Below are positions 51,013 through 60,567 of a stretch of DNA of 64,000 nt, piece after piece. The stretch comes from Candidatus Binatia bacterium (GTDB lineage: Bacteria; Desulfobacterota; Binatia; HRBIN30). Below the pieces are notes generated by a model. It was not told where the DNA came from. It was given only the letters and a program-made list of their open reading frames with translations, and searched no databases. The DNA lies in assembly GCA_038245295.1 (NCBI GenBank), contig JBBRSP010000023.1:1-64000 (forward strand). Reading direction: 5' to 3'. The translations under genes were made by a program, and so were the position numbers. Position 1 is the first letter of the stretch. Each line of letters opens with the position of its first letter.

Positions 51013-51780
51013 TCACCTCGTCCACGCCGGCGGACGTTTTTCGATAAAGCTCCGAAATCCCTCGACGACCTCGTCCGATGCCAGTGATTCGGCGAACATC
51101 GCGTAGTCCACAGGTGGCAGGTGGCGATTGATGTCGCGTTTGAGTGCGGTGCGGGCGCGCGGTCCTGTTTGTCGCACCAGGGCGATGGTTTCCTCGACCA
51201 CCGCGGCGAATTCATCGGGCTCGGCCACACGGGAAATGATCCCCATCGCGAGCGCCTCGGCGGCTGAGAAGTACTGGGCCGTGTAGAGCAGGTATTTGGC
51301 GCGGGCGACGCCGACCCGGCTTGCGAGACGCGCTGCCAGGAAACAGTCGGCGACCCCGCGCAGCAATTCGGGCGCGCGGAACTTTGCGCGACTCGACGCG
51401 ATCGAAATGTCACTCATCAACGTCATGTTCAGCCCGCCTCCCTGACACATTCCGTTGATTGCCACGATGATGAGTTTCGGGCAGCGCTCGAACTCGGCGA
51501 ACGGCAACATGTCGAAGCGATCCGTCTCACGATCGATGGTCGCGGATTGCTCGTGCTGACCACCCATCTCGCCACCGACGCAGAAGTACTCACCGCTTCC
51601 CGTGATCAGTACGATATCTACCGCGGCATCGCGCTCAGCGAGAACCGCCGCCTTCTTGAGGCCGTGGTACATTTCAATCGTGCAGGCGTTGCGTCGTGCC
51701 GGCCGATCGATGACCACGCGTAGGCACCCGGCGTCCTTGGTTGCTCGCAGAAACTTCGAGCCAAGATCCAGTGTTTCCAT
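51013..51780 (-). CDS. Enoyl-CoA hydratase/isomerase family protein
   Basis: FCVGGE, AINGMCQGGG, FRAPEL; GGAGG upstream of the ATG. Confidence 0.9.
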   Translation of the reverse strand: METLDLGSKFLRATKDAGCLRVVIDRPARRNACTIEMYHGLKKAAVLAERDAAVDIVLITGSGEYFCVGGEMGGQHEQSATIDRETDRFDMLPFAEFERCPKLIIVAINGMCQGGGLNMTLMSDISIASSRAKFRAPELLRGVADCFLAARLASRVGVARAKYLLYTAQYFSAAEALAMGIISRVAEPDEFAAVVEETIALVRQTGPRARTALKRDINRHLPPVDYAMFAESLASDEVVEGFRSFIEKRPPAWTR

Positions 51781-51855
51781 CGCGTCCTCCGATACCTCAA
51801 ACAAAGCCGACAAGTCGCCCCCCGACCTCTTGCCATCGGGCTCGATCTTGATATT

Positions 51856-51873
51856 AACGAACGTTAGTTCGTT
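51856..51873. promoter_or_regulatory. Palindromic operator AACGAACGTTAGTTCGTT in a divergent promoter region
   Basis: Matches the 39339-39352 motif; TTGATA at 51848. Confidence 0.6.
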
Positions 51874-51924
51874 TGCGAAAAAAACCTGCCGCGGCAGCGG
51901 CGGCACGAAGAGGAGAGATGACCC

Positions 51925-53040
51925 ATGGCGCGTGAGTACAGACTAATCTCGGCCGACTCTCATATTCTGGAACCGCCACATCTGTGGACGGAGTACATGC
52001 CGAAGAAGTTCCACAGCAAGGCCCCCGTCGTGGTTTCTGACGGCGAGGGCGGCGAGGCCTGGCAGTTCTCGCCAGGGATCCCGCCCGCCCCGATCGGCAT
52101 TTACGCATCCGCGGGGAGTCACGAGGCGCGCTGGACCGGGGTTACGTTCAAGACAGCGAATCAAGGAAACTTCCACGCCAAGCCGCGTATGGAAGAGCAA
52201 GATATCGACGGCGTCGATGCCGAAGTCCTCTTTGGCTCGGCACGCATGATGAGCCATTTCTTTTCCGATCCAGATCCCGAATTCCAAATGGCCGGCGTGC
52301 AAGCGTACAACAACTGGTTAGCGCAAGATTTCGTCAAGATCGCGCCGGACCGATTCATCGGGCTGGCGGCGATGCCGGCCCTGAACGTCGAAGCGGCAAT
52401 CAAAGAGATGGAGCGTTGCCTGAAGCTCGGCCTCAAGGGGGTCTGGCTCAACACGATGCCGAGCGTCGGGTCGGCGATCCGACCCGAAGATGACCCGTTC
52501 TGGGAAGCCTGCCAGTCTCTGGGCGTCGCGGTTCACTTCCACGTTCGCGTCATGCGTCAGGTGCTGAAGCCAAAGCCAAAGGGTGTGCGCGGCGATGACC
52601 TCACGGGCCTCGCAACGGTTGGCGCCTCCAGCATGATCGTCGATCTCCCTGAGATCATCAGCTCCGGCGTCCACGATCGCTTCCCGAATCTAACCTGGGT
52701 GGCGGTCGAGACCGGCGCCGGTTGGGTGCCCTATATCCTGGAGCAGATGGACGATCGCTGGTGGCGCAACCGCGGTTGGTTGCCGATCAAGATGCAGCAC
52801 GAGCCGAGTTTCTACTTCAAGCGTAACTGGCGCGTCGCTTTTATGAATGATCGCTACGCCATCGCCAACCGTCACACGATCGGCATCGACAATATGATGT
52901 GGTCGACCGACTACCCGCACCACGGGTGTGATTGGCCGGAGACACGTCGAGTCGTCGATGGCGCCTTCCTTGGTGTCCCTGAGGAAGAGCGCAACAAGCT
53001 GTGCGCCCTCAATGCGGCGAAGCTCTATGGTCTGATCTGA
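51925..53040 (+). CDS. Amidohydrolase family protein
   Basis: ISADSHILEP, MWSTDYPH, NAAKLYGL. Confidence 0.93.
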   Translation: MAREYRLISADSHILEPPHLWTEYMPKKFHSKAPVVVSDGEGGEAWQFSPGIPPAPIGIYASAGSHEARWTGVTFKTANQGNFHAKPRMEEQDIDGVDAEVLFGSARMMSHFFSDPDPEFQMAGVQAYNNWLAQDFVKIAPDRFIGLAAMPALNVEAAIKEMERCLKLGLKGVWLNTMPSVGSAIRPEDDPFWEACQSLGVAVHFHVRVMRQVLKPKPKGVRGDDLTGLATVGASSMIVDLPEIISSGVHDRFPNLTWVAVETGAGWVPYILEQMDDRWWRNRGWLPIKMQHEPSFYFKRNWRVAFMNDRYAIANRHTIGIDNMMWSTDYPHHGCDWPETRRVVDGAFLGVPEEERNKLCALNAAKLYGLI

Positions 53041-53042
53041 TC

Positions 53043-53121
53043 CCAGGTGGGACGCGACCTCCGGAGCGTTTCACTCAGCCGCACGGCTGGGTGAGCGCCA
53101 TGAGGTCGCGCCCACCCCTGG
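53043..53121. repeat. Long nested inverted repeat between convergent genes
   Basis: GGTGGG/CCCACC, CGCGACCTC/GAGGTCGCG and CACTCAGCCG/CGGCTGGGTG arms. Confidence 0.75.
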
Positions 53122-53138
53122 TGTCACCTGTCGGAAGT

Positions 53139-54587
53139 TCAATCCGCCTTCGCCGCCGCACGTGTCGCGGTGATCAACTCGTCGAGATCTTTGATGGTCG
53201 TCGCCGGGTTGATGATCGTGGTGCGTAGGTAAAGTCCGTCACGCAACTGCGTCTGCACGATGTAGAACGAGCCGTCCGCCAGCAACCGCTCGCGGATGCG
53301 ACGCTGCAGCATGTCGAGATCAACAGCTCCAGCCGGCGCGTAGCGGAAACAGACGATGTTGCATTCCGGTTCAACCGCCACCTGAAAGTCGCCGCTGTCT
53401 CGCAGACGCTGCGCAAACTGGCGCGCCAACGCGATACGCCCGGCGACATAGCTGGAAAAGTATTCCTCGCCGTAAAGCGACAATGCCACATAAAGCTTGA
53501 GGCTCATCATACGCTTCGTGCACTCGAGGGTTCGCAGCCCGACATCGAACCAACGATCTTCGGCCGTCCCTTCGGCAAACAGGTACGATGCGTTTTGGGC
53601 GAAGGCTTCGCGCGAGTGCCGGCCGTCGCGAAACAAGACGGCTGTGATGAGTGCGGGCATCAGCAGCATCTTATGGGCGTCCCAAACCACAGAGTCGGCA
53701 CGCTCAATACCGCGCAAGGCGTCGCGGTGCTCGGGGCACAAGGCGATCGACGCTCCGTGAGCCCCGTCGACATGGAGCCATAGATCGTTCTCGTCGCAGA
53801 AGTCGGCGACCGCATCGAGCCGATCGAAGGCGCCTGTTGCCGTTGATCCGGCACTCGCCGCGACACCGATGACACGCAACCCCTGCGAATGAGCCCGGCG
53901 CAACGCATCTGCCAAGGCGGCGGGCCGCAACCGGTACCGCGCGTCCGTCGGCACGACAACGACGCCGTTGGCCCCCCAACCCATGATCTGCGCCGAGCGT
54001 CGGACGCAGTAGTGTGTCTGGTCGGAGGCGAGAACCGCGAGCGGCGGTTGCTGCGCCTGGCCCTCGTTCCAGATGTCGAAGCCCGCCTTGGCCTGCCGCA
54101 TGGCGAGGAGGGCGGTCAGGTTCCCTGAAGAACCACCGGAGGTCAGAACCCCGGCGGCCTGATCGCCCCAACCGAGAAGACCCGCCATCCATTCGAGAAC
54201 ACGGCGCTCCATGATGGTGACTACCGGCCCCATCTCGTAGACCGCCATGCCATTGTTGAGCAGCGCTGCCACCAGTTCGCACAACGCCGCTACGGGCAGC
54301 GGCGACGTTACCTGATGACCGATGTAGCGCGGGTGATGCAAATGATTCGAGCCGTCGATCACGCGCGATAAGAGCGCCATCAGCTCGCTCGGGCCGCTTC
54401 CTTTGAAGCCGGCGGGCCACGCCTGCGACACCTGGGCTGAACCAGCCGGAGGCAAGACGGGTGTTGGCGGAGCCGTTGCCACGCGGGCCAGATAGTCTGC
54501 CAGGAGGTCGACAATCTCATGACCCTGACGGCGAAAACTCGCCGGATCGAATGGGTCGCCTGGCGGGATCTCGGCCCTCACAGACAT
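53139..54587 (-). CDS. Group II PLP-dependent decarboxylase (diaminobutyrate/aromatic amino acid decarboxylase-like)
   Basis: HHPRYIGHQ, TSGGSSGNL, WLHVDGAHG, DAHK. Confidence 0.92.
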   Translation of the reverse strand: MSVRAEIPPGDPFDPASFRRQGHEIVDLLADYLARVATAPPTPVLPPAGSAQVSQAWPAGFKGSGPSELMALLSRVIDGSNHLHHPRYIGHQVTSPLPVAALCELVAALLNNGMAVYEMGPVVTIMERRVLEWMAGLLGWGDQAAGVLTSGGSSGNLTALLAMRQAKAGFDIWNEGQAQQPPLAVLASDQTHYCVRRSAQIMGWGANGVVVVPTDARYRLRPAALADALRRAHSQGLRVIGVAASAGSTATGAFDRLDAVADFCDENDLWLHVDGAHGASIALCPEHRDALRGIERADSVVWDAHKMLLMPALITAVLFRDGRHSREAFAQNASYLFAEGTAEDRWFDVGLRTLECTKRMMSLKLYVALSLYGEEYFSSYVAGRIALARQFAQRLRDSGDFQVAVEPECNIVCFRYAPAGAVDLDMLQRRIRERLLADGSFYIVQTQLRDGLYLRTTIINPATTIKDLDELITATRAAAKAD

Positions 54588-55741
54588 GCGTACACGGCGT
54601 CGATCAGTTTGACGACGCGCGGATCGATCAACCAGACGCCGAGATGCAATTCGTTCATCACATAACCGAAGCCAAGACGCGCATCGGGATCGGCGAATCC
54701 CATCGAGCCACCCATCCCGCCATGTCCGAACGGTCGGCCATTGGGCCCCAGTTTCTCCATGGGTGACGAGACAAAAAATCCCAAGGCGATCGAGGTATGA
54801 AGCGGCATCACGGCGTCGGGGCCGTCGACCTGCTTTTCGATGGCGCGATTGACGGCGTCGGCGCTCAGGATCGTTACACCGTCGCGGCTGCCGCCGTCGG
54901 CGAGTACGCCATAGAGCTTGGCAAGGGCGCGGGCGTTGGTGTGGCCGTTGGCGGCCGGAATTTCGGCGGCGCGCCATTCACGCCGGTTGGCCACATCAGG
55001 CGGCAGAACGGGATTGAGCAGCGTCTTGGCGCGCACACCCTCCGGATCGGCCAATACCTGACTCATCATCTCCATCTGACTCAAGTCCGGCAGCTGCGGC
55101 GGCATCAGCGGCGCGACTCGCGCGTCGAGCTCGGCCGCCAGGCCGATGTGAGCATCCAACCCAAGCGGTCCGGCAACCTCTTCCTTGAAGTACGTGCCGA
55201 CACTCTTGCCACTGACGCGCCGAATGACTTCACCCACCAGCCAACCGTAGGTCAGGGCATGGTACCCATGCTTGGTGCCTGGCTCCCACCATGGCTTCTG
55301 TGCGGCGAGGGCGCTCGTCATGCGTTCCCAGTCGTACAGCGCCTCCGTTGGCAGGAACTCGCTGACCGCCGGAAGGCCGGCTTGATGGCTGAGCAGGTAG
55401 CGAACCGGCAGATTGTCTTTGCCCGCCTGCGCGAACTCGGGCCAGTAGCGTGCGACAGGCGCGTCGAGGTCGAGTTTGCCCTGGTCGGCCAGGCGGTGCG
55501 CGCAAATTGCCGTCAGCCCCTTGGTGGTCGAAAAGACGTTGGCGATGGAATCGCGCTGCCACGGCTGCGTGTGTTCGCTGTCCGTGTACCCGCCCCAGAT
55601 GTCGACGACGCTGCGCCCATCGACCGTCAGCGCCAGGCACGCGCCGGTCTCCCCCAAGGTTGAAAAGTTCTCGAGGAAGACTTCGCGGACTCTGGCAAAT
55701 TTCGCATCACACTGGCCTTCGATTCGCGGCTGTTTACCCAT
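54578..55741 (-). CDS. Serine hydrolase, beta-lactamase/family VIII esterase
   Basis: STTK (SxxK), LLSHQAGL, GYHA, FGHGGMGG. Confidence 0.93.
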   Translation of the reverse strand: MGKQPRIEGQCDAKFARVREVFLENFSTLGETGACLALTVDGRSVVDIWGGYTDSEHTQPWQRDSIANVFSTTKGLTAICAHRLADQGKLDLDAPVARYWPEFAQAGKDNLPVRYLLSHQAGLPAVSEFLPTEALYDWERMTSALAAQKPWWEPGTKHGYHALTYGWLVGEVIRRVSGKSVGTYFKEEVAGPLGLDAHIGLAAELDARVAPLMPPQLPDLSQMEMMSQVLADPEGVRAKTLLNPVLPPDVANRREWRAAEIPAANGHTNARALAKLYGVLADGGSRDGVTILSADAVNRAIEKQVDGPDAVMPLHTSIALGFFVSSPMEKLGPNGRPFGHGGMGGSMGFADPDARLGFGYVMNELHLGVWLIDPRVVKLIDAVYACL

Positions 55742-55941
55742 CGTCGACTCCTCCGTCGCTGGCGTTGATACCTGCCAATCGTGCCAATTCCTAGCTCAGC
55801 ATGGCGCTCGGCAGGAGTTGGCGGACAACTCGATGGCCCTTCGACACTCAGACGGCAACACGATGGCGCTGCGTGACAGGAGTAGTCCTCCTCTGCGGAC
55901 ACTCCCCTAGGCATCGCCACGCCGCGGTGATCGTCCCTCCG

Positions 55942-55958
55942 TTGGCACGACGCTCGCT
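55942..55958 (+). promoter_or_regulatory. Possible sigma54 -24/-12 promoter
   Basis: TTGGCACGACGCTCGCT has GG-N10-GC; it would imply a nearly leaderless GH44 transcript. Confidence 0.35.
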
Positions 55959-55966
55959 ATAGATCC

Positions 55967-58900
55967 GTGATGCTTCCGCGTCTCGTCGCAACTGTCTGTC
56001 TTTTCTCGGTGCTGCTCTTTGGTGCAGCGATCGATGCCCGCGCCGACTCCCTGGTCTACGACAACAGCCTGGCCTCTCCCTGGCAAGATTGGTCTTGGGA
56101 CCCAATCACTCGCAATCTGGCCCAGACCACCGTCGTCCACGGCTCTCCGACTGCGATCTCTGTGCTCTTTACCGGCGGCTGGAGCGGCTTGCAGTTCGGT
56201 CGCAATGCGGCACTCGATGTCAGTGCGTTCGACAGCTTGCATTTCTTCGTGCACGGCGGTCCTAGCGGCGGTCAGAACCTGCGCGTCACCATCGGCAATG
56301 CCAGCACGTCGCTGGACTTCGCCCTCACACCAACGGCGGGCCAATGGACCGAAGTGAATGTCCCATTGCTGGCTCTCGGCTCGCCGCGCTCCGTGACGTA
56401 CCTGTACTGGTTCAACAACACGGCGGGTTCCCAGCCGATTTTCTACCTCGATGATATTGTGTTCACGCAGGCCGGCTTACCGACCCCGACCCCTGTGCCG
56501 CCCGGGCAAGCGCCGCGCTTGCGTGTCGACGCACAGACGGCTCGCCACCCGATCAGTCCGTTGATCTACGGCATGAACTTCGCCGATGAGACCTTGGCGA
56601 GCGAGCTCCACCTGCCGCTCAATCGTTGGGGTGGAAACGCGACAACCCGCTACAACTATCTCTTCGACACCTCGAATCACGCCTTCGATTGGTTCTTCGA
56701 AAATATTCCCGATGACAACCCGAACCCTCAGCTCTTGCCCAACGGATCAACCACCGATCGCTTCATCCAGCAGAACCGCCGCACCGGCACCGATACGCTG
56801 CTCACTGTCCCGCTGATCGGCTGGACGCCGAAGTCGCGGGTTCGGTTGTGCGGCTTCAGCGTCCTGAAGTATGGCGCGCAGCAGTCGACCGATCCCTACA
56901 ACGCCGACTGCGGGAATGGCGTGCGTACCAACGGAACACGCATCACCGGCAACGACCCGCACGATACCAGCACCGCGATCGGGCCGGATTTCGTGCAGGG
57001 CTGGATGAGCCATCTGGCGTCGCAATTCGGCGACGCGGCCAGCGGTGGTGTGCGTTTCTACAACCTCGACAACGAGCCGATGCTGTGGAACGACACGCAC
57101 CGCGACGCGCATCCGTCGGCGACCAGCTATGACGAGATGCGCGATCGTACGTTTGCTTACGCCTCGGCGATCAAACTCACCGATCCGACGGCGCGCACCT
57201 TCGGGCCGGCGGAATGGGGTTGGTCCGGCTACTTCTGGTCGGCTCTCGATGCCGCTCCCGGCGGTGCCTGGTGGAACAATCCGCAGGATCGATTGGCGCA
57301 TGGCAACGTGCCGTTTGCCGACTGGTACCTGCAACAGATGCACACCTACGAGCAGCAGCACGGCACCCGCATCCTCGATTACTTCGATCTGCACTACTAT
57401 CCGCAGTCGTCGGGCGTCTCCCTCTCCGGCGCCGGTGATGCCGCGACGCAAGCTCTGAGGCTGCGCTCGACGCGATCGCTGTGGGATCCCACCTATGCGG
57501 ACGAGAGCTGGATCGGCGAGGTGGTTCGCCTCCTGCCACGCATGCGAGATTGGGTGCAGAATAACTATCCCGGCACCAAGATCGCGATCGGCGAGTACAA
57601 CTGGGGCGCCTATGACCACATCAACGGTGCCTTGGCCCAAGCCGATGTCCTCGGCATCTTCGGACGCGAGAGCCTCGACGCTGCCACCCTATGGACCGCG
57701 CCGTCGACTGCTCAGCCGGTCACGTATGCGTTCCGCATCTTCCGCAACTACGACGGAGCGGGGGCCACATTCGGGGATACCTCCGTGTCGGCCATCAGCG
57801 ACGATAGCGGTAGTCTCTCTTTGTTTGCCGCCGAGCGCAGCACCGATCATGCGCTGACAATCGTCGCCATCAACAAGACCGCCGCGCCGCTCAATGGATC
57901 CGTCGAGGTAGCCGGAATTGCCGCGTCTGCCCCGGCGCGCCTTTACCACTACAGCAGTGCCAATCTCGGTTCGATTGTGCGCGACCCGGATGTCCCCGTG
58001 ACGGCCGGCGCCCTGGTGACCTCGTTCCCGGCCAACTCGATCAGCCTGTTCTTACTGAGCGCCGCTGCGGCGGCGACACCGACCTTTACGAGCACACCAA
58101 CCGTGGCTCGAACCGCGACCCAGACTCCGACACGCAGCGCCACCGTCGGCGTCGGGCCGGGTATCGCCGGGTCGATTCATGCCCAGGGAACGAATGCCGC
58201 CGTGCCGGATGTGCAGATGACGCTGCGCGGTGCCACGCCGTCGTCGCAGCTGACCGATACACTCGGCACGTTCGGTTGGCCGGCATTGAGCGCCGGTAAC
58301 TGCGAGATCGAGCCAAACAAGGTCGGCGGCGGCAACGCCAACATTACCAGTCTCGACGCCGTGCTCGCGCTGCAGGCTGCCGTGTCGTTGTATACGCCGG
58401 ACGCCTTGCAACGTGTGGCGTGCGACGTCAACGGCAATGGCGCGATCTCGTCCATCGATGCCGTGCTGATTCTGCAGTATCGCGTCGGCATGATCACCTC
58501 GTTCCCCGCCGCGGTCCGGTGCGGTAGCGACTGGGCGTTCCTGCCGCTCGTGACGGCTTCCGCCGATGTTCAGCCAATTCCTCCTGCGGTAACAGCGACC
58601 AGCTGCCAGCCGGGTAAGGTGATCTACGCGCCCTTGGCGGGTCCCCTTGCCGGCCAGGACTTCCGCGCCATGCAGTTCGGCGATTGCGCCGCCAGTTGGC
58701 AACCCTCCGGACAGGCTGCCGCGATCCGAAACGCGGCTACTCCCAAGCTCGGTGCGCCGATGCGACGCGGGCGCCGCTGGATCGTTCCCGTTCAGATGGC
58801 GGTCGTTTCGGGAGCCAATACCTTCGAGGCTGAGGTGCAATACGACGCTGATCAGTTCACCGTGGCCGGCGTGCGGAAACGCGCCGCCCAGTCCCTGTTG

Positions 58901-59059
58901 CTGGCGTCGAACTCCGTCGGTTTAGGTCATTTGCGGATCGCGGCAGCCTCAGCTTCTGGGATCGAACCGTCAGATCGCCTCTACATCGAGCTGCGGGCGA
59001 AGGGGAGTGCCGGAGTGCCGCGATTGCGGTTGCTCCGTGCGCGTGGTTGGGGCGGTTGA
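55967..59059 (+). CDS. Secreted GH44 endoglucanase with N-terminal CBM-like domain, PT linker, dockerin-like and cohesin-like C-terminal domains
   Basis: ISPLIYG, RWGGNATTRYN, LDNEP, DLHYYPQ, IGEYNWG; ITSLDA...DVNGNGAISSIDA. Confidence 0.92.
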   Translation: MMLPRLVATVCLFSVLLFGAAIDARADSLVYDNSLASPWQDWSWDPITRNLAQTTVVHGSPTAISVLFTGGWSGLQFGRNAALDVSAFDSLHFFVHGGPSGGQNLRVTIGNASTSLDFALTPTAGQWTEVNVPLLALGSPRSVTYLYWFNNTAGSQPIFYLDDIVFTQAGLPTPTPVPPGQAPRLRVDAQTARHPISPLIYGMNFADETLASELHLPLNRWGGNATTRYNYLFDTSNHAFDWFFENIPDDNPNPQLLPNGSTTDRFIQQNRRTGTDTLLTVPLIGWTPKSRVRLCGFSVLKYGAQQSTDPYNADCGNGVRTNGTRITGNDPHDTSTAIGPDFVQGWMSHLASQFGDAASGGVRFYNLDNEPMLWNDTHRDAHPSATSYDEMRDRTFAYASAIKLTDPTARTFGPAEWGWSGYFWSALDAAPGGAWWNNPQDRLAHGNVPFADWYLQQMHTYEQQHGTRILDYFDLHYYPQSSGVSLSGAGDAATQALRLRSTRSLWDPTYADESWIGEVVRLLPRMRDWVQNNYPGTKIAIGEYNWGAYDHINGALAQADVLGIFGRESLDAATLWTAPSTAQPVTYAFRIFRNYDGAGATFGDTSVSAISDDSGSLSLFAAERSTDHALTIVAINKTAAPLNGSVEVAGIAASAPARLYHYSSANLGSIVRDPDVPVTAGALVTSFPANSISLFLLSAAAAATPTFTSTPTVARTATQTPTRSATVGVGPGIAGSIHAQGTNAAVPDVQMTLRGATPSSQLTDTLGTFGWPALSAGNCEIEPNKVGGGNANITSLDAVLALQAAVSLYTPDALQRVACDVNGNGAISSIDAVLILQYRVGMITSFPAAVRCGSDWAFLPLVTASADVQPIPPAVTATSCQPGKVIYAPLAGPLAGQDFRAMQFGDCAASWQPSGQAAAIRNAATPKLGAPMRRGRRWIVPVQMAVVSGANTFEAEVQYDADQFTVAGVRKRAAQSLLLASNSVGLGHLRIAAASASGIEPSDRLYIELRAKGSAGVPRLRLLRARGWGG

Positions 59060-59091
59060 CCTGCCGCGGCGCGCAAGACTAACCAACGAGC

Positions 59092-59868
59092 ATGCCGTTT
59101 CTGCAGCTCGACGATGCCCGACTCTATTATGAAGTTCATGGCCCCGCCGATGCACCGCCCCTCGTGTTCGCACACGGCGCCGGTGGCAACCACCTGTCGT
59201 GGTGGCAGCAGGTACCACATTTCAGCAAAGGGCATCGCTGCCTGACCTTCGATCACCGCGGCTTTGGGCAGTCGGTAGAAACGAGCGGAGCTCGCGGCGG
59301 TGCGGCCTTCACCGATGATCTGCTGGCGCTGATGGATCATGTTGGCATGGCGTGCGCCACACTGGTGGCGCAATCGATGGGTGGATGGACCTGTCTGCAT
59401 CTGGCGCGGCGGTATCCCGAACGCGTCGATCGACTCGTCATGTGCGACACACACGGCGGCGTGATGAGCGAAGAGATCGGCGCGGCGTGGATGCAAGGAG
59501 TGAACGCGATGAGCGCGTTGCCGCCCGGGGTTCACCCGGCTGCCGGTATGCGCATGGCAACCGAACAGCCGGCGCTGCATTTTCTCTATACCCAGATCAA
59601 CGGCCTCAGTGCCGAACGCGCGCCGCACGAGCTCATGCAGATCCTCGCGGCCGCCGGCACCCTGAGCCCCGAGGCTGTGGCGGGTATTACATTGCCGGTT
59701 CTGTTCATCGTTGGAGAAGAGGACATGGTGATCCCGCCACACGTCTGTGAACTCGCCGCCGCGCTATTCCAGAGCTCGAAGATCGTGCGAGTCGAACACG
59801 CCGGACATTCGGTCTATTTCGAGCGCGCCGCCGAGTTCAACGTCATCCTCGATCACTTTCTACGTTGA
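59092..59868 (+). CDS. Alpha/beta-fold hydrolase
   Basis: DHRGFGQS, AQSMGG, GEED, AGHS. Confidence 0.93.
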   Translation: MPFLQLDDARLYYEVHGPADAPPLVFAHGAGGNHLSWWQQVPHFSKGHRCLTFDHRGFGQSVETSGARGGAAFTDDLLALMDHVGMACATLVAQSMGGWTCLHLARRYPERVDRLVMCDTHGGVMSEEIGAAWMQGVNAMSALPPGVHPAAGMRMATEQPALHFLYTQINGLSAERAPHELMQILAAAGTLSPEAVAGITLPVLFIVGEEDMVIPPHVCELAAALFQSSKIVRVEHAGHSVYFERAAEFNVILDHFLR

Positions 59869-59981
59869 CACCGTCGCCCTGACAGCACAGCGCGGAGAAA
59901 GCGCTGGACTGGAAATGCTTTCCGCTGCACAAGGATTTACGTCATACGGAGAGCGGGGCGCGACTCGCATTCCGCGGCCCT

Positions 59982-60560
59982 GTGGCGGTTACCGGGCTGA
60001 GCGGCCAACTACGCCTGTCGACGCACGCCAACGTTCGTCTCCGAGCCACTCTGACGCTGATGCCGACGATGGGCGGTGGCGGCGGCGGTGGTCGAACTGC
60101 CGCCGGGGCAGCCCTGTTCTTGCAAAACTGCTCGGGTTGTCACGGCACCGATGCGCATGGGCTTGGCGGACGGCCGGACATTCGCTGCACCGCGAGCAGC
60201 CGCATCTACAACGCGATGCGCACCGGACGCGGCAATGGCTTGATGCCGGTGTTTGCGGCAAGTGCGGTCCCTGATGCCCAGGTGGAACAGATCGTCTCCT
60301 ACCTGGGATCGCTGTGCGACGGCACTCCGGCCGGCAATTTCCGATCCAATTGCGTGACCTGTCACAGCGCCACCGCCGGCGGTGGTGTGAATGCCAACGG
60401 TGTGCACGGGCCGAATATCCGCTGCACGGGCACCAATGACTTTCTCGAGAAAGTTCAAGTCGGCAGCGATGCCATGCCGCCGTTTCGAGAGTTCACAACG
60501 ACGGACATCGAGGCGATCGCCAGCTACGTCCAGCAGGATTTCTGCCCGCTCGGGGATTGA
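59982..60560 (+). CDS. Diheme c-type cytochrome (5' end doubtful)
   Basis: CSGCH and CVTCH, each with a downstream MP axial-ligand motif; no signal peptide. Confidence 0.75.
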   Translation: MAVTGLSGQLRLSTHANVRLRATLTLMPTMGGGGGGGRTAAGAALFLQNCSGCHGTDAHGLGGRPDIRCTASSRIYNAMRTGRGNGLMPVFAASAVPDAQVEQIVSYLGSLCDGTPAGNFRSNCVTCHSATAGGGVNANGVHGPNIRCTGTNDFLEKVQVGSDAMPPFREFTTTDIEAIASYVQQDFCPLGD

Positions 60561-60567
60561 CCGTCCG

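Noticed and set aside
54588..54977. N-terminal extension of the PLP decarboxylase in the ORF track
   Set aside because: Overlaps the esterase gene in another frame; the real start is near 54587/54581
55770..55795. Second sigma54-like site upstream of the esterase (minus strand TTGGCACGATTGGCAG)
   Set aside because: GG-to-GC spacing is 9 rather than the required 10
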